Assembly: GCA_964653875.1 (NCBI GenBank)
Contig: CAZZGH010000001.1
Span: 564 to 62,472, forward strand
DNA length: 61,909 nt
Source of the DNA: an uncultured Candidatus Saccharibacteria bacterium
GTDB taxonomy: Bacteria > Patescibacteriota > Minisyncoccia > 2-02-FULL-40-12 > GWA2-44-9
Direction: 5' to 3'
In this document: positions 17,483-27,726 of the stretch, piece after piece
Layout: each line of letters opens with the position of its first letter
Numbering within the stretch: position 1 is the first letter of the stretch
Notes under the pieces: generated by a model
The model's database searches: none
Told to the model about the DNA's origin: nothing
What the model saw: only the letters and a program-made list of their open reading frames with translations
Program-made: the position numbers and the translations under genes

Positions 17483-19471
17483 CTAGGAACTAAAAAACGG
17501 TTTTAAATTGCTTGAATGTATTAACCAGGCATAACCGCGCCACAGGTCTTTTTTTGTAATTTCGTGGAGAATTAAGTCCCTAAAACTTGTTACCTCTCCT
17601 TCGTGTACCCAGATTCTGCTCGTCCCGTATGTTTTAAATTTAACAGTAGCTATTTTTTCTATTTCTTTTGTCTCCAAAAGCCTATTTAGCACAGGGTCCA
17701 CGGTATAATCACCATTGGCTATAGCTTCTTTTTCGGATTCCATGCTTATTGATTTACTGCTAGTTCCGGGTATGGCTATCCAACCATCGGCAACATCAGC
17801 AATGCTTTTTATGTATACCACTTCAAACGGCGCAGAAATATTTTTATCAGGCATAAAATCAGAAACCGCAATACCGGGAACTCCTTCAACAAAACATTTA
17901 TTAAAATTGGTTTTATAAGTATATAGTCTTTTTATTTTTAGAGAATCAATCTTTTCCATCAGATTAACAATCGTCATTCTTGATGGAAAAACATCGGATA
18001 AAAATATTTTACCGCTTGTAACCGCGGCAACACCTAGAATAAAAAGTAAAATAAAGAAATAGTAATCGCTAATATGCGTCAACAGAGAAAAAGAATAACC
18101 CACAAAGAGTATGGTGCCGACAAAGCCAGGAGAATAAGTTCTGACTACCTGTGGAGCTCCGGTGAGCTCTGCCCACAAAATTGGAGATAGAGAAAGAAAA
18201 AGAATTATTGCTCCGTTAATTGCCACATCAAGGTTTTTTAATACAATAATCTGGAAAATAAAAAATGCCAGTCCGACCATAAAAACAACTGTATAAACGG
18301 GCGCCATACGGAAGAAAATTTTCGGAAGCCATCGCATCCCCGCACCACGGTATTCTCTAGTGACGGTAATTCCTCTTTCGGCAAAAAAGTCTATATAAAG
18401 TTTAAAACGATGCTTGTTCAAAATCTGGGTATTTTTCAAATAGTCATAGTAATGACCAAATGACTCTCCGATATTGGGAAGATTGAGTGCAAAAAACACG
18501 ATAGCAAAGCCGATAACAATAGACGCCGTCCATAATAATCCCAGTAGGTTTATCAAAAATACAAAAAAGACAAATATAAAAACAGAAAATGGGACAATTT
18601 GTTTAAGTTTCCTTTTTGCATGTTCTAAGTAGTGGTCAAGATCAAATTTTTCTCTACTCACAATTATCTGATTCAAAAAAGGCAAAGCCTGGTTTTTGTA
18701 AATTAAAATTACTATTTTTTTGTATAAAAGCTTGACTACAATAAAAGATAGGACGGCTAAAACGACCAAAAATAAACTAAGCAAAAAATGGTCATTTGTT
18801 TTAATAAGCAAATTTAATCCTAAGAAGCCGTTTTTGCCGTTAGATATCAGATTATATTTTTCATAAACGACAGCGCCCCAAAATAACGGCAAATATTTGA
18901 AGGAGGAGGCCGATGAAAATAGAGTCAAACACAAAACTCCTCCGGCAGTCATCAACCAAAAAAACTGGCCTCCCACAAGATCGCTAGCGCCCGCTTGATG
19001 CACAAAAAAAATAGAGAGAAGCGAAACGGCCATAGCAACATTAGTGTGTCCGCCATAGAGAGCCGTTTGCCAAGGCCATAAAGATAAAAGCAGTAAAAAC
19101 CCCATAAAAAGTCCGATGGTCGGAGTCCAATAATTACTGCCTATTAAAAAAATTAAAACAGCTGATACGGCCACCATTGTCCCGCTCAAAGTTGTGTAAG
19201 TGTGGTCTGATGTTTTGTCTCTTAAAATCTTTTGAAACACAGATATCAATATCACCGTAAATTCTTTCATTCCCATTTTAAACGGGCTAAGACTGTATTT
19301 GTGAAGATCGGATAACCAGCGCCATTTATAGGACTGGGCAGCAGCATGCACCATCAATTCATTATCTGTATTTGGTCCGTTAAACAAAATATGACGAGTG
19401 GCTATGGAAAACAAAACAGCAAACAAGGATGAGCTAAATATAATTATTTCCAAGCCGAGATTATATGACAT
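17483..19471 (-). CDS. polytopic membrane protein with a C-terminal ~170-aa soluble domain (function unknown)
   Basis: 662 aa with more than 12 hydrophobic segments. Its stop abuts the kinase start. No catalytic motif recognised. Confidence 0.5.
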   Translation of the reverse strand: MSYNLGLEIIIFSSSLFAVLFSIATRHILFNGPNTDNELMVHAAAQSYKWRWLSDLHKYSLSPFKMGMKEFTVILISVFQKILRDKTSDHTYTTLSGTMVAVSAVLIFLIGSNYWTPTIGLFMGFLLLLSLWPWQTALYGGHTNVAMAVSLLSIFFVHQAGASDLVGGQFFWLMTAGGVLCLTLFSSASSFKYLPLFWGAVVYEKYNLISNGKNGFLGLNLLIKTNDHFLLSLFLVVLAVLSFIVVKLLYKKIVILIYKNQALPFLNQIIVSREKFDLDHYLEHAKRKLKQIVPFSVFIFVFFVFLINLLGLLWTASIVIGFAIVFFALNLPNIGESFGHYYDYLKNTQILNKHRFKLYIDFFAERGITVTREYRGAGMRWLPKIFFRMAPVYTVVFMVGLAFFIFQIIVLKNLDVAINGAIILFLSLSPILWAELTGAPQVVRTYSPGFVGTILFVGYSFSLLTHISDYYFFILLFILGVAAVTSGKIFLSDVFPSRMTIVNLMEKIDSLKIKRLYTYKTNFNKCFVEGVPGIAVSDFMPDKNISAPFEVVYIKSIADVADGWIAIPGTSSKSISMESEKEAIANGDYTVDPVLNRLLETKEIEKIATVKFKTYGTSRIWVHEGEVTSFRDLILHEITKKDLWRGYAWLIHSSNLKPFFSS

Positions 19472-19477
19472 ATCAAT

Positions 19478-19723
19478 TTACCAAGTCTTAATTTTACGTT
19501 TAACTTTCTTCTTCAAACGCTGATATGTTTCAACAGCCTTTTTTTCTATACGGGGAGACACAATCCTCAAAAGCTCTTTACCTAAAACACGATAATGCCC
19601 ACCAACTTTATTAGCTTGAATAAGTTTATTTTTCAAAAGCCGCTTCACGGTACTTTTGCTGATCTTTAAAAGAGACTGGACTTCCGACGTTGTATAAACT
19701 TCATTTGGATTAATTTCACTCAT
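19478..19723 (-). CDS. excisionase/MerR-superfamily helix-turn-helix DNA-binding protein (81 aa)
   Basis: YTTSEVQSLLKISKSTVKRLLKNKLIQANKVGGHYRV matches the HTH_17/excisionase pattern. Confidence 0.7.
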   Translation of the reverse strand: MSEINPNEVYTTSEVQSLLKISKSTVKRLLKNKLIQANKVGGHYRVLGKELLRIVSPRIEKKAVETYQRLKKKVKRKIKTW

Positions 19724-19741
19724 ATATGGTCAAACTCAACG

Positions 19742-19768
19742 GTATCAAAACGTATCAAAAGGTGTCAA
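19742..19768 (-). promoter_or_regulatory. three 10-bp-phased direct repeats (GTATCAAAA, GTATCAAAA, GTGTCAA) upstream of the HTH gene; the third overlaps a TTGACA -35 on the minus strand
   Basis: Read directly at 19742-50, 19752-60 and 19762-68. They lie 19-45 nt upstream of the start at 19723. Confidence 0.4.
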
Positions 19769-19799
19769 CCCCCAAAAGTGGATATCCGACTAAAAAATT

Positions 19800-20786
19800 T
19801 TAATTTTTCTTTCCGATCAAATAGAAATTTTGAGGCAAATGGCTTATCTCATAATTAGTCCAGTCATACTCCGAATTGTTTTTCATATATTCTTGAAAAT
19901 ATTTCACATTGTCTATCGTCTCAAAATTTGCCTGATAAGCCACGAGCACATACTTGGGTTTGCCTATTCTTTTGAAAAATTCATTCCGCAATTCGATTGG
20001 CGATTCACTTAAAGACCAAGTGGCTATAAAAATATCAGGATTAGGATCACCCAGTTTTTCTGTTTGATTGATAAAATTAAAATTGCCTTCTGCGTTGCTT
20101 GAGCGCAGGTAATATTTTTGAAGGGCCAAGAGTTCCGGTATATCGAAAATTATATATTTTCCCTTGAATCCCAAATTATTCACGAGATTAGCCATGCAAC
20201 CATATCCGCCGCCAAATTCTATTATTTTGCCGGCTTGTTTTACATCAAATTTATAGTGGTCAACCAGCCGAGAAAGGTTATAGGCAGTATTAATAAAATT
20301 ACCGCTGCTTTTTTGATAGTATTTATATTTTGGCGGATTGCCGACCCACGTTTCTTTTATTGCCGCTGACCATTTGCCCCAGTTATTATTTGCCAAATAG
20401 TCGTATTCGGGTCTCCGAGCCCCCGCAGACATTGTTTCAACAATGGGTTCCCATCTTAAAAAATTTCTTGGATCTTTCTTTAATATACACAACCTTACAT
20501 GCTTTCTATATTTGTCCCACAAACTCGTACATTCGGCTGTTTGGCTATCAATATCTGTTATGGAGCCGACCAACTCAATTCTATTCATTCTCTCGCTCGG
20601 GGTTTCGTTTTTTAATCTTACTTTCAGTTCTTCCAGATTATTTTTTATTATCTTTATTATCTTTATCTTGCGGCTAATGCTGATTGATTTATTTTTTGTT
20701 TTATTTGCCAGATTTATTGCCCGCTTCGGCAGCATTTTTCTGCAAAATTCTTTAAAACAAACCGAAAAAGAAGGTATGCGTGCCAT
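19800..20786 (-). CDS. class I SAM-dependent methyltransferase, putative sugar O-methyltransferase
   Basis: IIEFGGGYGCMA glycine-rich SAM motif followed by IIFDIPE. The context is glycan genes. Confidence 0.5.
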   Translation of the reverse strand: MARIPSFSVCFKEFCRKMLPKRAINLANKTKNKSISISRKIKIIKIIKNNLEELKVRLKNETPSERMNRIELVGSITDIDSQTAECTSLWDKYRKHVRLCILKKDPRNFLRWEPIVETMSAGARRPEYDYLANNNWGKWSAAIKETWVGNPPKYKYYQKSSGNFINTAYNLSRLVDHYKFDVKQAGKIIEFGGGYGCMANLVNNLGFKGKYIIFDIPELLALQKYYLRSSNAEGNFNFINQTEKLGDPNPDIFIATWSLSESPIELRNEFFKRIGKPKYVLVAYQANFETIDNVKYFQEYMKNNSEYDWTNYEISHLPQNFYLIGKKN

Positions 20787-20790
20787 TGGT

Positions 20791-22620
20791 TTATGAAATT
20801 TCCCCGTCTTTAATGTGATAGCTCTTATATAAATAAGAATCCTGGTTTTTTATCAATTCAGCCGGAGGGCCAGATTCAATTAACGTCCCATTGTCTATGG
20901 CCATAATTCTGTCTGAACTTATTACAGTAGACAGACGATGGGCAATTACCAAGACCGTAACTTTGCCTTTCAGGTTATTTATCGCTGTTTGGATTAAAGC
21001 TTCTGATTCGTTATCTATGGAACTAGTCGCCTCGTCAAGAACCAAAATGGGGCATTTTTTAGCTAAAACTCTGGCTAAAGCTACGCGCTGTCTTTGGCCA
21101 CCAGATAATTTAACACCCCGTTCCCCTACCTGTGTTTCAAATTTATTCGACAATCCTTGGATAAAATCATAAATATTTGCCATCTTGGAAGCGTTCACTA
21201 TATTTTCATGGGAAATATCTTTATCGTAGAAACGTATATTTGCCTCAACGGTATCATTCAACAGGAAAACCTCTTGCGATACATATCCTATATTTTTTCG
21301 CCAATCTGTCAAAAAAACAGAGTCAATATCAATTCCATCGATCTTGATAACTCCTCTCTGGGGTTTTAATAATCTCAAAAAAATATCCACTAAAGTTGTC
21401 TTACCAGCACCCGAAGGTCCGATTATGCCGATCATCTCACCTTTTTGAATTGAAAAATCAATATCTGACAACGTATTTGATTTGATGTTCGGATAAGAAA
21501 AACCGATACCCTGAATATTTATTTCTTTTTCAAATTTAAATGGTTTTGCGCCAGACACTTCTTCTTTATACTGTTGGACATCTTTTTGGTAATTAAGCAT
21601 TGTCTCCAGATAAGTAAACGAGGAATTTATGCCGTCCAATTTTCCTTGGATTCCTTGAATAAAGGAGTACATTTTTTGAATAAGATAAATTATTACCGCA
21701 AAAGAAGCGATGTTAAAATCTGGGGATTTAAAAGAATAAGCAAATATCACGGAAATAAAAAGGAGGGAGACCGGTTCAAATAATGAACCCTGGAAACTGC
21801 TTATTAAGGATGTTTTAAGGCGGGCTTTTCTTAGTTCTTCAAAATACAAGGAGCCCTTTCTGATTACCGGCGATTCAACGGCAAAAGCTTTCAAGGTTTT
21901 AACTCCTATCAAGCTCTCGTTGATAAGATGGCTTAATTGTTTGCCGGTAATATTTACATGCCTGGCAAGTTTTCTTGATCTAAAGAAAAGGGGTTTTAAA
22001 ACCACAAGAATAAGCACGCCCCCAACCAAAGACATAACGGTTATAGAAACGGATAATTTAAGTGCAATTGAGGCATATGTTATTAAACTCGCGATTCGAA
22101 GCATCAATTCGCTGATAGCTTTCAATATATTTGCCCCGGCGCCAACATCGCTAAAAATAACTCTGTCAAGATATCCGACTTTCTGATTCATTAGAAAGGT
22201 CCAGTCCGCTTCAAGGGTCTTTTTGAATAACATGGAACTGGTATCACGTTCATATTGCGCGGAGATTTTATCACTAATGTGGATAGTGAAGATCGTTATG
22301 ACGGCTTTGCCGATAAAAAACGAGACCATCAAAGCCAGAAGAACCGGCAAGTTGTATCCCAGATGAAGAATGGAGAAAACTTTTGCAATAAGATTATAAA
22401 AAGTAGTGGAAGGGCCGGTACTATTTTGCTGAGTAACAAAAGCAAAAAGAGGAATAAGCATGCCGATACCCAAACCTCCCATAAGACTGCTGACAAATCC
22501 CAATAAAGTCGTAACTAAAATCCGCCACCTATATTGCCAGTAGGCATGTTTGAAAATTATAAATACCTTATAAATTTTTCTGATATTTTGGAAATGCGTC
22601 TCAATAAATTCCTTGAGCAT
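20791..22620 (-). CDS. ABC exporter, fused permease-ATPase (MsbA/PglK type)
   Basis: Six-TM N-terminal half, Walker A GPSGAGKTT, signature LSGGQRQR, Walker B ILVLDEATS. Confidence 0.9.
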   Translation of the reverse strand: MLKEFIETHFQNIRKIYKVFIIFKHAYWQYRWRILVTTLLGFVSSLMGGLGIGMLIPLFAFVTQQNSTGPSTTFYNLIAKVFSILHLGYNLPVLLALMVSFFIGKAVITIFTIHISDKISAQYERDTSSMLFKKTLEADWTFLMNQKVGYLDRVIFSDVGAGANILKAISELMLRIASLITYASIALKLSVSITVMSLVGGVLILVVLKPLFFRSRKLARHVNITGKQLSHLINESLIGVKTLKAFAVESPVIRKGSLYFEELRKARLKTSLISSFQGSLFEPVSLLFISVIFAYSFKSPDFNIASFAVIIYLIQKMYSFIQGIQGKLDGINSSFTYLETMLNYQKDVQQYKEEVSGAKPFKFEKEINIQGIGFSYPNIKSNTLSDIDFSIQKGEMIGIIGPSGAGKTTLVDIFLRLLKPQRGVIKIDGIDIDSVFLTDWRKNIGYVSQEVFLLNDTVEANIRFYDKDISHENIVNASKMANIYDFIQGLSNKFETQVGERGVKLSGGQRQRVALARVLAKKCPILVLDEATSSIDNESEALIQTAINNLKGKVTVLVIAHRLSTVISSDRIMAIDNGTLIESGPPAELIKNQDSYLYKSYHIKDGEIS

Positions 22621-22704
22621 ATCTTTTAAGCTTTGCCATCAAAAGATACCAACTTTTTCTAAATTTTGCAACAAGGAGTGTCAAAAAGAGTCAAAAAGGC
22701 TTAT

Positions 22705-22741
22705 TTAAAGATAAAATTAAAACCGCTTTAAGCGGTTTTTT
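22705..22741 (-). terminator. rho-independent terminator for fcl (stop codon lies in the loop)
   Basis: ACCGC-tttaa-GCGGT flanked by A- and T-runs. On the minus strand it is followed by UUUUAAUUUUAU. Confidence 0.6.
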
Positions 22742-23684
22742 GTACTCGGGACAAATACCAGTCAATTGTTTTTCTTAACCCTTCGTCAAAATCCGTCTTC
22801 GCCTTAAAGCCGAATTCTCTTTCAGCCCTTGAAACATCGAGGCATCTTCGCGGCTGGCCATCCGGTTTTGTATGATCCCACATTATCGAACCATTGAAAT
22901 CCATGAGTTTACAAATTTTGTATGCCAGCTCTCTTATGGTAATCTCAAATCCGGCACCGATATTTACAGGCTCTGCTCCTTCGTAATTTTCGGCCGCAAG
23001 AACTATCGCTTCAGCTGCATCTTCCACATACAAAAACTCTCTTGATGCATTACCCGTACCCCACAATTTGAGATAATGCTGATTAAATTTCTGGGCATCT
23101 GCCACTTTTTTGATTAGCGCCGGAATGACATGGCTTCTTTCCGGTTCAAAATGGTCTCCAGGACCATATAAATTAACCAGCAGAAGATATATCGAATTAA
23201 ACCCATACTGTCGTCGATACGCCTGACCTTGGACTAAAAGCATTTTCTTTGCCAAGCCATAAGGTGCATTTGTTTCTTCCGGATATCCATCCCATAAATT
23301 TTTTTCATTAAAAGGAACCGGAGTAAATTTAGGATAAGCACATATCGTACTTATGGTGACGAATTTTCCCACTCCTGCTTGACGTGCCGCCTCCATCAGT
23401 TGGCAACCCATCGTTATATTGTCATACACAAGCTCTCCTGGCTTTTCTTGGTTATATCCTATGCCGCCAACATTTCCTGCAAGATGAATTACAATATCAG
23501 GTTTCTTCGATTTGAGTAGAACTTCACAGTTTTCCTTTTTTCTTAGGTCGAAAAATTTGGATCTGGGAACATAAATTTGATACGGTTTTATCCCAAAATC
23601 AAGAAGTCTTTTTATAACATGCCTGCCAAGAAATCCCGAGCCACCGGTAATTAAAAAAGGTTTGTCGGTAAATTTTTGATCCAT
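22728..23684 (-). CDS. fcl: GDP-L-fucose synthase (GDP-4-keto-6-deoxy-D-mannose 3,5-epimerase/4-reductase)
   Basis: Collinear with E. coli Fcl motifs: [75 protein letters not shown]. Confidence 0.85.
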   Translation of the reverse strand: MDQKFTDKPFLITGGSGFLGRHVIKRLLDFGIKPYQIYVPRSKFFDLRKKENCEVLLKSKKPDIVIHLAGNVGGIGYNQEKPGELVYDNITMGCQLMEAARQAGVGKFVTISTICAYPKFTPVPFNEKNLWDGYPEETNAPYGLAKKMLLVQGQAYRRQYGFNSIYLLLVNLYGPGDHFEPERSHVIPALIKKVADAQKFNQHYLKLWGTGNASREFLYVEDAAEAIVLAAENYEGAEPVNIGAGFEITIRELAYKICKLMDFNGSIMWDHTKPDGQPRRCLDVSRAEREFGFKAKTDFDEGLRKTIDWYLSRVQKTA

Positions 23685-23763
23685 TGAACCTGCCTTTTGT
23701 GAATGTGCTAATTATCTTAATTATTTACTACATTTACTATTTAATGTAAAGTATGCCGTAGGG

Positions 23764-24972
23764 ATGAATATACTCCAAATAAACACAACCGATATTCGCG
23801 GCGGAGCAGCTAAGGTGGCCTACTCAATCAAACAAGAGCTTGAAAAAAATGGCCATACAACCAGTATGTTTGTCGGTCAGAAATATTCGTCTGACCCAAA
23901 TGTTCATATCTTAAATGACAAAAAATCGCTTTCCGGAAAAATTAGAAGAAAACTGGCTTATTGGCTTGCTAATGACATTGATGTTTTTTCTTCCGACCAC
24001 ATCCTCAACACTCAAGAATTTAAAAAAGCAGATATAGTTCACTGTCACAATCTACATTCAAGTTATTTTAATCTTGGAACCTTAGAAAAAATTTCGGCCT
24101 TAAAACCTGTTATCTGGACTCTCCACGATATGTGGCCTATAACCGCCCACTGCGCCCACTCTTTTGACGGCGCATTAAAAAGCAATAATTTTTTTACCTG
24201 TCCCAGTTTGGATATTTATCCTCCGATAGCTTGGCATAATGAAAAATATTTAGAAAAGAAGAAAAGCCGTATTTACAAAAATTCCAAATTCCATATTGTG
24301 ACGCCCTCAAAATGGCTAGCCGATAAAGTCAGGCAAAGCGTTCTCAAAGACAAGCCGTTATCGATAATATATAACGGCATTGATGATTCTGTTTTTAAGC
24401 CTCGCGATAAACAAGAATGCCGCTGGTCGTTAAATCTTCCACTCGATAAGCATATTGCCCTCATCGTGGCAAAAAGGGGTCAATCTAATCCATGGAAAGG
24501 AGGCAATTATGCCCAAGACGTCATAAAAGCTTTTCAAGATAATTCTTCCGTTTTTTTTGTTGATCTAGGAGGCGACAACAATAAAAACAACGATAAAGTT
24601 AAAATTGTAAGCTACACAAGCGACCGGACAACATTATCAAAATATTACTCTGCTGCCGATATTCTTCTATATCCTTCCGTAGCTGACAATTGTCCCCTTG
24701 TGGTGCTTGAAGCCATGGCCTGCGGCTTGCCGATTGTCAGTTTTGAAACTGGGGGCATACCTGAACTTATTGAACACAAGGTCAATGGTTATATTGCCGA
24801 ATATAAAAATACTGATGACCTGAAAAGAGGGATGGAGCATTTGCTAAACCTCTCCACCCAAGAATTAGAAAAAATAAGTCAGTGCTCCATCAATAAAATA
24901 CATGTTAATTTTAATATTGAAAAAATGACCGATCAATATACGAATCTGTATCATAAAATACTGAACAGATAA
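23764..24972 (+). CDS. glycosyltransferase, GT-B fold (GT4-like)
   Basis: N-terminus GGAAKVA, and C-terminus LLYPSVADNCPLVVLEAMACGLPIVSFETGGIPE (E-x7-E region). Confidence 0.8.
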   Translation: MNILQINTTDIRGGAAKVAYSIKQELEKNGHTTSMFVGQKYSSDPNVHILNDKKSLSGKIRRKLAYWLANDIDVFSSDHILNTQEFKKADIVHCHNLHSSYFNLGTLEKISALKPVIWTLHDMWPITAHCAHSFDGALKSNNFFTCPSLDIYPPIAWHNEKYLEKKKSRIYKNSKFHIVTPSKWLADKVRQSVLKDKPLSIIYNGIDDSVFKPRDKQECRWSLNLPLDKHIALIVAKRGQSNPWKGGNYAQDVIKAFQDNSSVFFVDLGGDNNKNNDKVKIVSYTSDRTTLSKYYSAADILLYPSVADNCPLVVLEAMACGLPIVSFETGGIPELIEHKVNGYIAEYKNTDDLKRGMEHLLNLSTQELEKISQCSINKIHVNFNIEKMTDQYTNLYHKILNR

Positions 24973-24984
24973 CTCTCGCCAAAT

Positions 24985-25012
24985 AAAAAACCCTTCTTTT
25001 AAAGAAGGGTGG
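24985..25012. terminator. hairpin between convergent genes, best as a minus-strand terminator
   Basis: CCCTTCTT/AAGAAGGG stem. The T-run is on the minus-strand side (AAAAAA at 24985-90). Confidence 0.55.
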
Positions 25013-25017
25013 GGGGT

Positions 25018-26598
25018 TTATCCCATCGGCGTAGGCGCCATAGAGCGGATTATCGCAATTCGCTCCGGTTTATTAATAAACTCCCAAGCTTTTCTGGAAA
25101 CAAATTCTATATATTTAGGATCCATAAATGTTTTTATGGATGGGTGCACCCAATCCAGATCCGCTACATCAATGCCTGGAAGCAACAGATCGTTTTGGAT
25201 AACATAATCATAGAGGGCTGTTCCCGGAAAAGGAGTTACGATAGTAAAATTCACATATTCAGAACCCGCATCCATGTGTCTTTTGGAAACTAAGATTGTT
25301 TGGAGTAATTCTTCATATGTCTCATCGGGATAACCGATAAGATAACAGCTTGAAACGGTAATACCTAACGCATTGGCTCTTTTAATCAATGCAGATATAT
25401 CATATGTTTCGTGGCTAATCTTACCGGAAGCCCATTTATCGATTATCCTTTGGGAACCCGATTCAACAGGAAACGAGAGCCGTTTAAAACCGGCTTCCGC
25501 CATTGCTTCCAGCATTTCATCATCAATTATTATTCGGCCGCTACCATCGTTCTTATGCAAGTGAGATAAATTAATACCATTTACATCACCCAGTCTAAAA
25601 CCAAATTGAATCATCATCTTGAAGATGTTCAACGCTCTTTTCTTATTTGCCAAGAGAGAATCATCTTCAATATAAATATCTTCTGCTCCAAGTTTCTTGA
25701 TAGAAAACATCTCTCTTTCTACCCGTTCTACAGATTGAAACCTGAACTTGCCTATATAACCGGTTTCGGAACCTTTTTGTTCTCCGGAAATATGACAAAA
25801 AGCGCATTTTTTATAAGGACAACCCCTGGAAGTCATAACTGATACATACGGCAAGGGCTTATCAAGCTGACCGACGGTAAGAACACCGCCGTGCGGCCGG
25901 GCGATTTTCCAAATGCGTTCAAGGGGCAGTAGATCTCTGGCCGGAAAGGGTAGTAGATCTAGATTATCCTCGACAAACACCATCGGGTTGATTTGCATTC
26001 TTTCATCATACATAAAAGCAATCCCAGATAAATCGAAAAAATCCCGACTTCCCTTTCTAAGAATATGGCCAATTTCAACTATTGTCCTCTCCGCCTCTGA
26101 AAGACAAATAAGATGAGCACCGGCTTTAAAAAATCTGCTCATTTGAGTGCGAGCATTGATGCCACCCATTATAATTAACTTCTCCGGATAAGCTTGTGAA
26201 ATTAGTCTTACCGTTTCTTCAACTGTATATGTCTGGGGAGTAAAAATTGAACTTATACCGACAACGTCATACTCCGCTACTTCCTGTAAAATGTCTTCCG
26301 GAGCCATACCGATTCTTACCTTGCCATTTGGTAATGGTGTTTGGCGATAAAAACTTTGTTCAAGTGAATATCTGTCATTACCCAAACAACAATCTAAGAC
26401 ATTGACATCAAATCCCTTGTCTCGAAGAGCTCCGGCAAGATATAGATTACCCAAAGACGCTTCCGGTTTTACCGCACCGAAACGCAGGTCAAAACGCTGG
26501 GGCGCATACATCAGCAAGAATTTTGGTTCTTTGGTATTTGCGGCTAAATTAGGAGCTGCTCTTATTCCTTTTATCTGTATCCCTGTCTGTACTTCCAT
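25018..26598 (-). CDS. cobalamin-binding radical SAM enzyme with atypical cluster spacing
   Basis: B12-domain pattern (GISSIFTPQ...LIIMGG). The cluster motif is RGCPYKKCAFCHI, which is CX4CX2C. ATG at 26598 is preferred; the ORF track starts at TTG 26604. Confidence 0.8.
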   Translation of the reverse strand: MEVQTGIQIKGIRAAPNLAANTKEPKFLLMYAPQRFDLRFGAVKPEASLGNLYLAGALRDKGFDVNVLDCCLGNDRYSLEQSFYRQTPLPNGKVRIGMAPEDILQEVAEYDVVGISSIFTPQTYTVEETVRLISQAYPEKLIIMGGINARTQMSRFFKAGAHLICLSEAERTIVEIGHILRKGSRDFFDLSGIAFMYDERMQINPMVFVEDNLDLLPFPARDLLPLERIWKIARPHGGVLTVGQLDKPLPYVSVMTSRGCPYKKCAFCHISGEQKGSETGYIGKFRFQSVERVEREMFSIKKLGAEDIYIEDDSLLANKKRALNIFKMMIQFGFRLGDVNGINLSHLHKNDGSGRIIIDDEMLEAMAEAGFKRLSFPVESGSQRIIDKWASGKISHETYDISALIKRANALGITVSSCYLIGYPDETYEELLQTILVSKRHMDAGSEYVNFTIVTPFPGTALYDYVIQNDLLLPGIDVADLDWVHPSIKTFMDPKYIEFVSRKAWEFINKPERIAIIRSMAPTPMG

Positions 26599-26664
26599 TG
26601 TCAAAGTGCCTCGGACAATTTATCTTCAAATTAGAGTACCAAAAAAATATTCCGAAAACAACCC

Positions 26665-27720
26665 TCAAATAGTTTCTATTCTGTCCAACAAATCTTGAGC
26701 TAAAATACGAGATTTTAATTTATCTTGATACAATAGATAACCGTTTTCAGCTACTTTTTCTGCGGTTGAATAATTATCTTTGATCCACAATATTTTCTCG
26801 GTTAACGATTGAGTGTCGGCAGGATTGCAGACCAAACAGGTTTTATTTGGAGTTAGGAGCTCGAGTATGCCGCTGTTAGCGGCCGTCAAATACGGCAATT
26901 TCATGGCTAAACTTTCATAGGCCTTATGTGGTATTGTCCGGCTAAGCCGATTATGGTCAGAAAGTTGGCCAAGCGATAAATGACATTTCTGCATTATATT
27001 TCTTAATTTTTCATAAGGCACATAATCTTTTATATATTCCATGTTTTTAGGATTTAATTCATTAATTAATTCCTTTATCCTTCCGGAAAGAATACCTCCT
27101 CCAATCATAATAAACCTAATATCTTTATCTTCTAACGATTTGGCTGCTCTTACAACATACTTTGCACCGGCTTCAGGCATTAACGCACCCCTAAAAAAAA
27201 CAGTAAAAGCGTCAAATTTTTGCCGCGATTGATCGCAGAAGAAATTACTTTCATCAACTCCTATCCAATTCCTGCATATTTTCTTTTCAGAAATTCTGAA
27301 CATTTTTTTAAAAAAATTTAATTGGTGATTGGTTTCAACGGTAGTCAAATCCGCCAAATGAACCGCTGCAAGATCGAGTAGCCAATAATAAACCGCTTTT
27401 AAGGAAAAACGGGGAGCTAATTTCCTCGATATTATCATCCTCTCGTATTCAGAGAGCACTGCATTAAAAACTATTTTCTTTCGACAAAAAAAACGGAAAA
27501 AAATGACCAGAGCCGGACTATTATAACCGATCATCACTAAATCCGTGTCTTTTGAATTATTCCGATAAAAAGAGAGGGCCTTGGCTAAGCCCCGAATACC
27601 TTTATCTTGAACATGAAAATCCAAGACATTTATGCCGTTTTCCCTTAAACCTTTTATGCGGACGACATTAAGAGAATATTCCGGACGCGTATATGTTATA
27701 TAGATAATATTCTTGATCAT
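26665..27720 (-). CDS. glycosyltransferase, GT-B fold
   Basis: The C-terminal IPHKAYESLAMKLPYLTA is GT1/GT4-like, and the N-terminus is similar to 43227-44333. ATG at 27720 is preferred over TTG 27726. Confidence 0.65.
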   Translation of the reverse strand: MIKNIIYITYTRPEYSLNVVRIKGLRENGINVLDFHVQDKGIRGLAKALSFYRNNSKDTDLVMIGYNSPALVIFFRFFCRKKIVFNAVLSEYERMIISRKLAPRFSLKAVYYWLLDLAAVHLADLTTVETNHQLNFFKKMFRISEKKICRNWIGVDESNFFCDQSRQKFDAFTVFFRGALMPEAGAKYVVRAAKSLEDKDIRFIMIGGGILSGRIKELINELNPKNMEYIKDYVPYEKLRNIMQKCHLSLGQLSDHNRLSRTIPHKAYESLAMKLPYLTAANSGILELLTPNKTCLVCNPADTQSLTEKILWIKDNYSTAEKVAENGYLLYQDKLKSRILAQDLLDRIETI

Positions 27721-27726
27721 TTTCAA

